A stretch of DNA of 64,000 nt from an uncultured Candidatus Rokubacteria bacterium (GTDB taxonomy: Bacteria; Methylomirabilota; Methylomirabilia; Rokubacteriales; CSP1-6). Shown piece by piece: positions 18,538 through 27,773 of the stretch (position 1 is its first letter; the number at the start of each line of letters is the position of its first letter). The notes beneath the pieces are model-generated. The model saw only the letters and a program-made list of their open reading frames with translations. It did no database searches and was not told the origin of the DNA. Both the position numbers and the translations under genes were made by a program. The stretch is taken from assembly GCA_963762145.1 (NCBI GenBank), contig CAVXJS010000017.1, positions 1-64,000 of the forward strand, written 5' to 3'.

Positions 18538-20058
18538 CTAGTCGGCGAGCGAGAAGAGCCGCCACTCTCCGGACATACCCTTCAGCGCGTGCTGCCCGCG
18601 ATCCTCGAAGCGCGCGTCCGATCCGACGACGATGTCCTTCACCGTGCTGGACACCAGGATGTCGCCCGGGCCGCCGAGTCCCTGGATGCGCGCCGCGACG
18701 TGCACCGCCATCCCCGTCAGCGCCCGCCCCTGCAGCTCGCATTCGCCGGTGTGGATGCCGGCCCGAATGTCGATGCCGAGACGCTTCACGGCCTCTCGCG
18801 CCGCGCGGGCACAGGCGAGCGCGCGCGCCGGAGAATCGAAGCGGACGAAGAACCCGTCGCCGGCCGTGTCGACCTCGATGCCTTCGCACCGCGCGATCTC
18901 GGCGCGCACCGCATCGTGATGCTGCGAGAGCACGGCCCGCCAGCCGGCATCGCCCAGACGCCGGGCATGCTCGGTGGAGCCGACGATGTCGGTGAAGAGC
19001 AGCGTGGCCAGAACGCGCTTCGCCTCGCTCACCTTCGGCTTCTGACGCTTCGAGGAGTCGATGAGTTGTGCGGTGCCATGGGCGGAGGCGACCAGCTGGC
19101 CACCCGCGTCATACACGTCGATGTCGGCGATGGCGAGACCTCGACCCCGGATGACGCCTCTCGCCTCGGCACGCAGGAGTCTGCCGTCAGCCGGGACCGT
19201 GCGGAAGAAGATCGTCGACTGATCAAGGCCGGCGAACGACTGGCCGGGCTGGGTGAGCAGGAAGCCGCTGGTCCGCGAAGCGAAGTTGGCCAGCGAGGCG
19301 ATGGCACCGGGCGCCACGTAGCGAGAGAAACGGCAGAGCCACTCGGTGGCGGGCATGGTCACCGCCCCTTGCTGTTCGTCGATCGCCTCGATCCGGCATC
19401 CGGTCAGCTCCGTGAATGGGTTGAGGAATCGGCCTTGCAGGTATGCCTGCACGAAGGCAAAGCCACCTTGCTCGTCAAGCATCCCCGGTGGGGCGAGCTT
19501 GCTCCGGACGGCGCGCAGAAAAGGGTCGGGAGTCGAGTAGGCCGCTTCATCCACCCGACGAAGCTCTGGAGGCGGCGGGGGTGGTGGTGGCTCCACCTGG
19601 AGAACCTCACATTGGCTGGTTCCGTGCGCCACCTTCCGGCCCTGGGGGTCCTCGATCTCGATTTCCACGAACACATACAATCGGCTGGCGTTGACGACGC
19701 GCGCGCGAGCCAGCAAGTTGCCGGCCAGAGGGCGCGTCGGCCGGAAGGCGTTGAGCACCAGCGAGACCGGCTCGACATCCAGGCCGGGTGCGAGCGTGGT
19801 CATCGCCACGCCGGTGGCCGCGGTTTCGGCGAACATCGAGAGCTCGAGCTCGCCGGTGGCGATCGAGGACCACCCCGTTGCCGGCATCACCCAGGTTCCA
19901 GACCCCGGCCCCACATGGCCCGCCCGTATGCCCAGTAGACGGGCGATCGGGGGAGAGGGCAGCTGAGACTGCTCGAACGCCCGGATGCGGTCGATACCAG
20001 GCAACGCCCAGAACCAGAGAGGGGGGACGTGCCCTCGGACCGCTTCGTCGACGATCAC
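18538..20058 (-). CDS. Tandem PaaI/hotdog domains fused to a class III adenylate/guanylate cyclase
   Basis: Two hotdog-like repeats (ARARVV...GRKVAHG; AEARGV...GQLVASA), then LATLLFTDIVGST, VDTAGDGF, RAGIHTGE, GMAVHVAAR; GTG start after GGAG. Confidence 0.8.
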   Translation of the reverse strand: MIVDEAVRGHVPPLWFWALPGIDRIRAFEQSQLPSPPIARLLGIRAGHVGPGSGTWVMPATGWSSIATGELELSMFAETAATGVAMTTLAPGLDVEPVSLVLNAFRPTRPLAGNLLARARVVNASRLYVFVEIEIEDPQGRKVAHGTSQCEVLQVEPPPPPPPPELRRVDEAAYSTPDPFLRAVRSKLAPPGMLDEQGGFAFVQAYLQGRFLNPFTELTGCRIEAIDEQQGAVTMPATEWLCRFSRYVAPGAIASLANFASRTSGFLLTQPGQSFAGLDQSTIFFRTVPADGRLLRAEARGVIRGRGLAIADIDVYDAGGQLVASAHGTAQLIDSSKRQKPKVSEAKRVLATLLFTDIVGSTEHARRLGDAGWRAVLSQHHDAVRAEIARCEGIEVDTAGDGFFVRFDSPARALACARAAREAVKRLGIDIRAGIHTGECELQGRALTGMAVHVAARIQGLGGPGDILVSSTVKDIVVGSDARFEDRGQHALKGMSGEWRLFSLAD

Positions 20059-20197
20059 CCCGATGTCTCCATGTCCCTCATGCAGAGTGGGCAGGATAGG
20101 GGATGGGCGCGTGGTTCCGCAAGGCGGCACTGTGGTAGCTTGCACAGCAGATGATGGACCGATGCCGACCTGACCAAGTCGAGGGGCGAGCCCGGCG

Positions 20198-21514
20198 ATG
20201 ACGAAGATGCACCTGATGTGGTTCTGCGCGTTCAGCCCGCACGCGGGGTTCGGCCTCGACGGCTGGGCGGGCCCCCGCACGAGCGGCTACGAGTGGACAC
20301 GGCCGGAGCTCTGGCAGGACATGGCGGTGGCGCTCGAGCGCGCCAAGTTCGACCTGATCATGCTCGGGGACAGCCTCGCGGTGCCGGGGACCTACCAGGG
20401 ACGGTGGGACGCCTACCTCCGCTACGCCGAGCACGCGCCTTTTCACGATCCGGGCCCCCTCGTCGCCATCATGGCGGCGGCGACGCGGCGCATCGGCCTC
20501 GCGGCCACGCTGTCGACGACGTTCTACCCGCCGTTCCTCCTCGCCCGCCTCATGACGACGCTCGACCACCTGAGCAGGGGGCGCATCGCGTGGAACGTGG
20601 TGACATCCTACAAGGTCGAGGAGGCCCTGAACTTCGGGTACGAGGAGCTGCTCGACCACGATCAGCGCTACGACCGGGCCGACGAGTACATGGAGCTGTG
20701 CTATCGGCTCTGGTCGAGCTGGGATCCGGACGCGGTCGTGATGGATCAGCGGACCGACACCTTCGCCGATCCCGCGAAGGTGCGGGCGATCGACTTCGAA
20801 GGCACCTACTACCGCTCGCGCGGCCCCCTCAACGCCGCGCCGTCGCCCCAGGGGCGTCCCGTCATCATCCAGGCCGGCGCCTCGGACCGGGGGCAGGACT
20901 TCGCGGCCCGACACGCCGAGGCCGTCATCGTGTCCCGGGAGACGGTGGATGAGATGAAGCAGTACTACGATGCGTTCAAGGTCCGGGTGAAGAAGCAGGG
21001 GCGGGACCCCGAGGAGTGCAAGGTCTTCTTCCTCACCAAGCCGATCATCGGCGATACCGACGAGGCGGCCCAGCGGCGCGCCGACGAGCTGTACGCCAAT
21101 GCCCCGGTGGAGGCCGGGCTGGCGTCGCTCTCGACCATGCTCCAGATCGACCTGTCGACCTACGACCTCGACAAGCCGCTGCCCGCCGCGCTCCAGACCC
21201 GGGCCATCCAGGGCATCCGCAGCCAGCTCGATCGCTTCTACATGTCCGGCCGCACTCCGACGCTGCGGGACATCGCCACCCGCAAGGTCAGCATCGACTC
21301 CAAGGCCTACATCGGCACGCCGGAGCGCGTCGCCGACGAGCTGGCGCGCACCATCGACGCGGTGGGGGGCGACGGCTTCGCCATCCGGCAGGGCATCTGG
21401 CCCGGCTACGTCGGCCCCTTCGTGGAGAAGGTCATCCCGCTGCTCCAGCAGCGCGGCGCCGTGCGCACCGAGTACACCGGCACGACGCTGCGGGAGCACC
21501 TGCGGGAGTTCTAG
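20198..21514 (+). CDS. NtaA/DmoA family FMN-dependent monooxygenase
   Basis: ERAKFD, LDHLSRGRIAWNVVTS, PQGRPVIIQAGAS, TTLREHL. Confidence 0.92.
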   Translation: MTKMHLMWFCAFSPHAGFGLDGWAGPRTSGYEWTRPELWQDMAVALERAKFDLIMLGDSLAVPGTYQGRWDAYLRYAEHAPFHDPGPLVAIMAAATRRIGLAATLSTTFYPPFLLARLMTTLDHLSRGRIAWNVVTSYKVEEALNFGYEELLDHDQRYDRADEYMELCYRLWSSWDPDAVVMDQRTDTFADPAKVRAIDFEGTYYRSRGPLNAAPSPQGRPVIIQAGASDRGQDFAARHAEAVIVSRETVDEMKQYYDAFKVRVKKQGRDPEECKVFFLTKPIIGDTDEAAQRRADELYANAPVEAGLASLSTMLQIDLSTYDLDKPLPAALQTRAIQGIRSQLDRFYMSGRTPTLRDIATRKVSIDSKAYIGTPERVADELARTIDAVGGDGFAIRQGIWPGYVGPFVEKVIPLLQQRGAVRTEYTGTTLREHLREF

Positions 21515-22422
21515 CTACCCTCGCTTCTGCGACGTCGCGATCGCCGCGATCGCATTGCACACGAGCCGGGCCGCGGTCAGCGCGGCGATTCCCGTGGCAT
21601 CCCGGGACGGCATGAATTCGACGAGATCGAATCCCACGATGCGGCATTTCGCGGCGAGACCGGCGAGCAGCTCGAGCACCTGCCAGTAGAGGAGGCCGCC
21701 CGGCGCCCGCGCGAGCACCGCGGGGAGGACCGACGGGTCGATCCCGTCGCAGTCGAGCGTCACCAGGCAGTGGGCGTCCGCGTCCACCATATCGAGAACG
21801 GGGGCGATGCCGTGCCGGTGCACGTCCGCCGCGGTGACGAGGCGTGATCCCCACGCGCGAGCGTCCGCTACCTCCTCTGCGCGGGCGCTGCCGGTCCCAC
21901 GCAGGCCTATCTGCACCATGCGTCGAATCCACGGCATCTCGGACGCGCGGCGCATCGGGCTGCTCCAGCCGTACTTCTCGCCGCGGACCTCGTCGCGCCA
22001 GTCGAGATGGGCGTCGATCTGCACGACGGTCAGCGGCCCGCGCCCCTCGAAAGCGCGGAACATCGGGATCGGGACGGAGTCGTCACCCCCGAGCACGACC
22101 GGGATCGCGTCGGCGTCGAGCAATGCGCGCACGGCTGCCGTGATCGCGGCGCGGTTGCCCGGCGGATCCGCGGGATCTCCGGGCACGTCGCCACAATCGA
22201 CGGCGTGGTCGGGCCGCACGCTGCCGATGTCGAAGTCGTAGTGGTCGGCGAGCCGGCCGTAGCCGGTGAGCGCCGCGCGAAGAGCGGCGGGCGCGCCGGC
22301 GGAATGGCTCGGCTTTCCCGCCTCGTAGGGCGTGGCGTGGTCGACGCCGAGCACGGCGATCTGGCCGGGCTGCGCGAGGGGGACGGTGGCAGGCCTGCGA
22401 ATGTCACCGATGGGGTAGGCAT
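21515..22422 (-). CDS. Agmatinase/ureohydrolase family protein (frameshift near 5' end)
   Basis: GGDDS, DAHLD, DCDGIDP, PGGL; ATG 22422 is out of frame by 1 nt across a G run at ~22378. Confidence 0.75.
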
Positions 22423-22556
22423 GGCGGAATGGTAGCCCGGAAGGGCGGCGACGTCGACGAGGCCGCCGATCACGCCCGCGAAGCCTCGATCACCGAGATG
22501 CGCGGACGCCGGCGCAGACATGTTAGCGTTTACACTCGGATGCAGCGGTGACCGCA

Positions 22557-23387
22557 ATGACAAGGGAGGATGTGACCGTGGACGCTTCGGACCAGGAGCT
22601 GCAACAGTACCTGTTCGATCTTCAAGGCTATCTGGTGATCCACGACGTCCTGGGGGCGGCGGAGGTGGCCGAGCTGAATCGATTGATCGATGCGCGGCGG
22701 CTCCCCGCGGAGAGCATCCGCTTCGGCTCTGCCGCGGGCAAGCACGGACCGGATCATGGCTTCCTCAACTGGGGGGAGCCGTTCTGTCGCCTGCTGGATC
22801 ACGAGGCGATCTTGCCGATTCTTCGCCTTCGGCTCGGGGACTGTTTTCGGCTGGACCGTCTCTACGGCATCCGCATGCACAAGGGGCAGACCATGGGGTC
22901 CATGCACGCGGACTACGGGGCTTCGGCTCCCAACTCCTTCACCAGGCCAGGAGAGCGCTTTCACTTCGCCACGAACCGCATCTACGAGGGGTTCACGGTG
23001 GTGGCCTGGAATCTTGCCGATGCCGGACCGGCATGCGGGGGATTCTGGTGTATTCCCGGAAGTCACAAGAGTCACTTCAAGCTGCCGCGCCAGATCCACG
23101 AGGCACCGGAAAAGGCTTCCTGCGTGGTCATTCCGGAAGTGCCGGCGGGGTCGGTCGTCCTGTTTTCCGAAGCGATGATGCACGGGACAGCTCCGTGGAG
23201 AGCCGACCACGAGCGGCGGACTCTGCTCTACAAGTATTGCGTCTCCCAGATGGCCTGGTCGCGGGCGCGGGTGCTTCCACCACCTGATGTGCCGCTCACC
23301 CCGCGACAGCAAGCGCTCCTCACCGAGCCGGCGGATCCCCATACGTTCGTTCCGTCACTCTTCGGCGACGGAGGCCACGACAGATGA
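22557..23387 (+). CDS. Phytanoyl-CoA dioxygenase family Fe(II)/2OG oxygenase
   Basis: LFDLQGYLV, HAD, PGSHK, HGTAPW...ERR. Confidence 0.88.
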   Translation: MTREDVTVDASDQELQQYLFDLQGYLVIHDVLGAAEVAELNRLIDARRLPAESIRFGSAAGKHGPDHGFLNWGEPFCRLLDHEAILPILRLRLGDCFRLDRLYGIRMHKGQTMGSMHADYGASAPNSFTRPGERFHFATNRIYEGFTVVAWNLADAGPACGGFWCIPGSHKSHFKLPRQIHEAPEKASCVVIPEVPAGSVVLFSEAMMHGTAPWRADHERRTLLYKYCVSQMAWSRARVLPPPDVPLTPRQQALLTEPADPHTFVPSLFGDGGHDR

Positions 23388-23406
23388 GCGATGCCGGGAG
23401 GATGCG

Positions 23407-25125
23407 ATGACCAGAGCCGTCGTTGCCCTCGTCCTGCTGTCGATGATCGCGCTCTCCGGCTGCGCGACGTCGAAGGCGACGCCCCTGCCGGCGATGCCGT
23501 TCACCGTGGTCGAAGCGGGAATTCCCGATCTGCAGACGGCGCTGTCCGCGGGTCGCGTGACGTCGCGGCAGCTCGTCGTGGAGTACCTCGTGCGGATCGG
23601 GCTCTACGAGGACCAGGTGAAGGCGATCATCACCGTGAATCCGAAGGCCCTCGAGGAGGCGGAGGCGCGCGACCGTGAGCGCGCGAGCGGGAGGATTCGC
23701 GGTCCGCTCCACGGCATCCCGGTCGCCATCAAGGACAACATCCACACGACCGACATGCCGACGACCGGTGGCGCCGTCGCGTTCGACGGCTACCGGCCCC
23801 CGTACGAAGCGACCATCGTCAAGCTGCTGCGGGATGCCGGCGCCATCATCATCGCGAAGACGGTGCTGACGGAGCTCGCGAACTGGGTGGCCGGTGCGCC
23901 CGACCCGATGCCGGCGAACTACAGCGGCCTCGCCGGCTACGGGCTCAATCCATACGATCCGCGGCGCGATCCGCGCGCCGCGACGAACGACGGACGTCCG
24001 GCGCTGGCGACCGGCGGATCGAGCTCGGGAATCGGCACGACGGCGAGCTTCTGGGCGGTCAGCGTCGGCACCGAGACCTCGGGCTCGATCCTGAGTCCGG
24101 CGAACCAGACCGGCCTCGCCGCCGTCAAGCCCACGGTCGGACGCATCAGCCGCTACGGCATCATCCCGATCGTCGCCGACCAGGACACCGCGGGGCCGAT
24201 GGCGCGCACGGTGACCGATGCCGCGATCCTGCTGGGAGTGCTGGAGAGTGCCGTGCCGGATCCGTACGATCCGGCCACGCGAAAGTGCCAGGCGCCGGGT
24301 AACCGTGACTACACCCCGCACCTCAAGCGTGACGGACTCAAGGGCGCACGCATCGGCATCCCGCGCGCGTTCTACTACGACAAGGTGACGCCGCCCGGGG
24401 AGACGGCGGCGCGGGGCGGGCTCAACGAAGCGCAGGCCGCCGCGATGGCCGACGCGATCGAGGTCCTCAAGCGCGAGGGCGCGATCATCGTGGATCCGGT
24501 GGTCATTCCGAGCGTGGTCGATCCGGACGAGGGGAGCAACTATCTGCGATTCCCGATCTGCGCGGGCGCGCCGCAGGGCAAGGGCGCGGACGAGAAGTGC
24601 ACGACCGTCCTCAAGTACGGGATGAAGCGGGACTTCAACGCGTGGCTCCGCACGCTCGGTCCCGGAGCGCCCGTGAAGACCCTGGCCGAGCTTCGGGAGT
24701 TCAACACCGCGCGTCCCCGGCGGGGAGCGATCAAGTACGGGCAGTCACGCCTCGACATCTCCGACGAGATCGATCTCGAGGCGGATCGGCCACGCTACGA
24801 GGCGGATCGCGCGAAGGACGTCGAGCTCGGTGGCGCCCGGGGGATCGACGCGGCGCTGAAGGAGCATCAGCTCGACGCGCTGCTGTTCCCCGGCGGCGCG
24901 GGTGCCGACATCGCGGCGCGACCGGGCTATCCGACGGTGATGGTGCCCTTCGGGCTGATCGCGAATATCCAGACGCCACCGTGGCCCGAGGCCTTTCAGG
25001 CGAGGCCGACGCCGTTCGGCGTGAGCTTCGCCGGGACGGCGTGCAGCGAGCCGCGGTTGCTGGAGCTGGGTTACAGCTTCGAGCAGGCGAGCCGGCGCCG
25101 GGTGCCGCCGCCGGCGACCCCTTGA
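23407..25125 (+). CDS. Lipoprotein amidase (amidase signature family)
   Basis: Lipobox LSGC; GPLHGIPVAIKD, GGSSSG, GTETSGSILSPA. Confidence 0.9.
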   Translation: MTRAVVALVLLSMIALSGCATSKATPLPAMPFTVVEAGIPDLQTALSAGRVTSRQLVVEYLVRIGLYEDQVKAIITVNPKALEEAEARDRERASGRIRGPLHGIPVAIKDNIHTTDMPTTGGAVAFDGYRPPYEATIVKLLRDAGAIIIAKTVLTELANWVAGAPDPMPANYSGLAGYGLNPYDPRRDPRAATNDGRPALATGGSSSGIGTTASFWAVSVGTETSGSILSPANQTGLAAVKPTVGRISRYGIIPIVADQDTAGPMARTVTDAAILLGVLESAVPDPYDPATRKCQAPGNRDYTPHLKRDGLKGARIGIPRAFYYDKVTPPGETAARGGLNEAQAAAMADAIEVLKREGAIIVDPVVIPSVVDPDEGSNYLRFPICAGAPQGKGADEKCTTVLKYGMKRDFNAWLRTLGPGAPVKTLAELREFNTARPRRGAIKYGQSRLDISDEIDLEADRPRYEADRAKDVELGGARGIDAALKEHQLDALLFPGGAGADIAARPGYPTVMVPFGLIANIQTPPWPEAFQARPTPFGVSFAGTACSEPRLLELGYSFEQASRRRVPPPATP

Positions 25126-25147
25126 GCGACCCGCAGGGGGCCGAGCA

Positions 25148-25549
25148 TCATTCCTTCACCGGCGTGAGGATGGGGGCCCCCTTGGTCTTCAGGAACACCA
25201 CGACGAACCTGGCCGGCGCCGTGTTGCTGGCGTTGCGCCCCACGACATGAATATCGGCGGGCCCCTCGTAGAACGTCTGCCCGGCCTTGAGCGTGACCGC
25301 CGGCTGGCCTTTCACCTGCATGACGATCTGACCTTCCAGCACGTAGATGAACGCATGGGCGTCGTGCCGATGAACCATGTCTTGTGCGCCCGGCGGGTAC
25401 GACACCTCGATCATGCGAGCCTCCTTGCCGGGGTAGTCCTTGAGATCGATCGCGAAGAGGTCCTTCACGTCTGCGGCGTCGGCCGGGACGGCGGCGAGCA
25501 TCAAGAGTGCCGCCAGGAAAGCGCGGAAGTGCAAGTGTGGGGTCTTCAT
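25148..25549 (-). CDS. Secreted cupin domain protein
   Basis: AAGGAG RBS, signal peptide, HRHDAH...YVLEG...H cupin motif; in frame with the upstream SDR. Confidence 0.8.
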   Translation of the reverse strand: MKTPHLHFRAFLAALLMLAAVPADAADVKDLFAIDLKDYPGKEARMIEVSYPPGAQDMVHRHDAHAFIYVLEGQIVMQVKGQPAVTLKAGQTFYEGPADIHVVGRNASNTAPARFVVVFLKTKGAPILTPVKE

Positions 25550-26250
25550 GTTGCTCCTTTCGTAGCCTTTTGCTTGTGAGCGGCGGAACCATTCGTCGAA
25601 CCCGGTGCGGCCGAGACGCGCTTCGCCCAGCGGCACGAGCGAGCGCTCCTCGACGCGGCCGCCGAAGTATCGGGCGTCGGGGTCACTCACGACCGGACGC
25701 GGATCGCCGAGCGCCTTCAGATAGCGGGCGACGATGTCGCTGAACGGGGCCCGTTCCGGGCCGGCGATCTCGACGATGCCGTTTCGGGGCGGCGCGAGCG
25801 CCACATCGGCGACGATGGCCGCGACGTCGTCCGCCGCGATGGGCTGGAACAGGCCGGGCGAGATCTTGACCGTGCTCCCATCCGCACCTGAAGCGGCGAT
25901 GCTGCCGAGGAATTCCAGGAACTGGGTCGAGCGGATGATGGTGTAGGGGAGGCCGGAGGCCTCGATCAGTTTCTCCTGGGCGACCTTGGCGCGGAAATAG
26001 CCGTTGTCGGGCGTCCGGTCCGTGCCGACGATGGAGAGCGCGACATGGTGCCGGACCCCGGCGGCGGTCTCCGCGGCGTGGAGATTGCGGCCGGAGGTCT
26101 CGAAGAACGCCAGTACCGCCTTGTCCTCGAATGAGGGCGAGTTGACGAGGTCGATCACCACGTGCGCGCCGGCCAAGGCCTCCTTCAGGCCCTCGCCGGT
26201 GATGCTGTTGACGCCGGTCTTGGGGGAGCCGGCGACGACCTCGTGGCCGC
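25550..26250 (-). pseudogene. NmrA-like/atypical SDR oxidoreductase lacking its N-terminal Rossmann motif
   Basis: GHEVVAGSP..., LSIVG, YFRAK, RSTQF, EIAGPE; GxxGxxG segment missing; no stop before the cupin. Confidence 0.7.
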
Positions 26251-26529
26251 TAGCGCCACGAGGCGGTCCAGGGCCGGATCGTTGAAGGCGCGCCACCAAT
26301 CCCGGTAGGTGGTCGACTCGGTGCTGACACGCCGGTCCGCCGTCTCACCCCAGTTCGGCGAGACGGAGACCTTGGGCTGCTGGTAGTTCGGCCCGATCAT
26401 GCAGCCCGCGAAGGCCAGGAGCATGGGCACCAGGAGGATGAGCCTGGATCGGAGGCGGAGGCGTGTCCTGCGCGGAGGCGGGCCGAGGCTGGGCCGGGCC
26501 CCGTGCCCATGGCCAGGCCTCGTGTTCAT
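26250..26529 (-). pseudogene. N-terminal fragment of a NodT/OprM efflux outer-membrane lipoprotein
   Basis: Lipobox FAGC-MIGPNYQQP and WWRAFNDPALDRLV signature; breaks into the SDR sequence. Confidence 0.75.
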
Positions 26530-26832
26530 GACAACGCAGCATATGGGATCGACGGGAAGGTCGCAAGGCAACGCCCCCGGCCGCTTTCGTGATCTTGCGG
26601 ATAACACACACTCGGTGGGGCGTTCAGCCGAGACGGACGAGACGATGAATGAGAAAAATGGCCGCGGGGGCATCTTCAGCGACGCTCGTTGACCGGCAAG
26701 GGGCCATCGCCAGACAGATTGCCTGGCGGCCCCTTCCAGGATGCCGGGCTGAGTGCCCTACCTATCCTGGAACCCGGGTTCGTGGTCAAGGCAAGGTGCT
26801 GAAACCAATGGACTTTGGAGATGTCGACTTCG

Positions 26833-26848
26833 TGGCACTCCATCTGCA
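26833..26848 (+). promoter_or_regulatory. Putative sigma54 (-24/-12) promoter
   Basis: TGGCAC-TCCAT-CTGCA (GG-N10-GC), 80 nt upstream of the repeat-protein ATG. Confidence 0.55.
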
Positions 26849-26928
26849 ACCCTAGGTTCCCATCAGCATCTAAAGATGGGACGGGCCGGAACTCCGTCAG
26901 AAAACGCAGTCAAAAAAGGAGTGGCGCG

Positions 26929-27702
26929 ATGAGAGGGATATTTGCAACGGCGCTGAGTATCGTGACGATGATTTCGCTGTCGGCCACGGCCGGGATGGCG
27001 CAGACGTCCTGCCCGCCCGAGGTCGCGTCTGCGAAGGCGATGCTGACGCAGACCGCCAAAAGCCAGAATGTTCAGGCGCCGCGCTCGCTGGCTGGTGCTC
27101 GCTCGCAGGACATCCAGTCTCCGCGCAGCCAGGACATCCAGTCGCCGCGGGGCCAGGACGTCCAGGCTCCGCGCAGCCAGGACATCCAGTCGCCGCGAGG
27201 CCAGGACATCCAGTCGCCGCGGAGCCAGGACATCCAGTCGCCGCGGGGTCAGGACATCCAGTCGCCGCGGGGCCAGGACATCCAGTCGCCGCGGAGCCAG
27301 GACATCCAGTCGCCGCGGAGCCAGGACATCCAGTCGCCGCGGAGCCAGGACATCCAGTCGCCGCGGAGCCAGGACATCCAGTCGCCGCGGGGCCAGGACA
27401 TCCAGTCGCCGCGGGGCCAGGACATCCAGTCGCCGCGGGGCCAGGACATCCAGTCGCCGCGGGGCCAGGACATCCAGTCGCCGCGGGGTCAGGACATCCA
27501 GTCGCCGCGGGGTCAGGACATCCAGTCGCCGCGGGGTCAGGACATTCAGTCGCCCCGGAGCCAGGACGTCCAGTCGCCTCGCTCGGCCGACTTCCAGAAG
27601 GCCTCGACGCTCGTGAGTGAGGCCGAGGCGGCGTGCAAGGCCGGGAAGTCGTCCGTGGCGTCCGACAAGGCCAAGGCGGCGATGGAGCTGCTGAAGAAGT
27701 AG
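26929..27702 (+). CDS. Secreted octapeptide-repeat protein of unknown function
   Basis: AAGGAG RBS, signal peptide ending AGMA, 20 (S/G)QD(I/V)Q(S/A)PR repeats between two Cys-containing helical segments. Confidence 0.85.
   Translation: MRGIFATALSIVTMISLSATAGMAQTSCPPEVASAKAMLTQTAKSQNVQAPRSLAGARSQDIQSPRSQDIQSPRGQDVQAPRSQDIQSPRGQDIQSPRSQDIQSPRGQDIQSPRGQDIQSPRSQDIQSPRSQDIQSPRSQDIQSPRSQDIQSPRGQDIQSPRGQDIQSPRGQDIQSPRGQDIQSPRGQDIQSPRGQDIQSPRGQDIQSPRSQDVQSPRSADFQKASTLVSEAEAACKAGKSSVASDKAKAAMELLKK
27103..27582 (+). repeat. 24-bp coding tandem repeat, 20 copies
   Basis: Unit (A/G)GCCAGGACATCCAGTCGCCGCGG; 480 nt = 20 x 24; a degenerate copy lies at 27061-27084. Confidence 0.97.
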
Positions 27703-27724
27703 CGGTTGCTGACGAGCTCATACA

Positions 27725-27757
27725 GGCCCCGGGGTTCGCCCCGGGGCCGTTTTTTTT
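27725..27757 (+). terminator. Rho-independent terminator
   Basis: GGCCCCGGGG-TTCG-CCCCGGGGCC, then G and T8. Confidence 0.9.
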
Positions 27758-27773
27758 CGTGCTGGAGCTTCCT

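Noticed and set aside
25148-26299. 383-aa SDR-cupin fusion protein
   Set aside because: The cupin has its own RBS and signal peptide and the SDR is 5' truncated; a lost stop near an A run is more likely than a real fusion.
27103-27582. Regular repeat array as a possible CRISPR
   Set aside because: The units are contiguous 24-mers with no unique spacers, lie in frame inside a CDS, and no cas genes are present.
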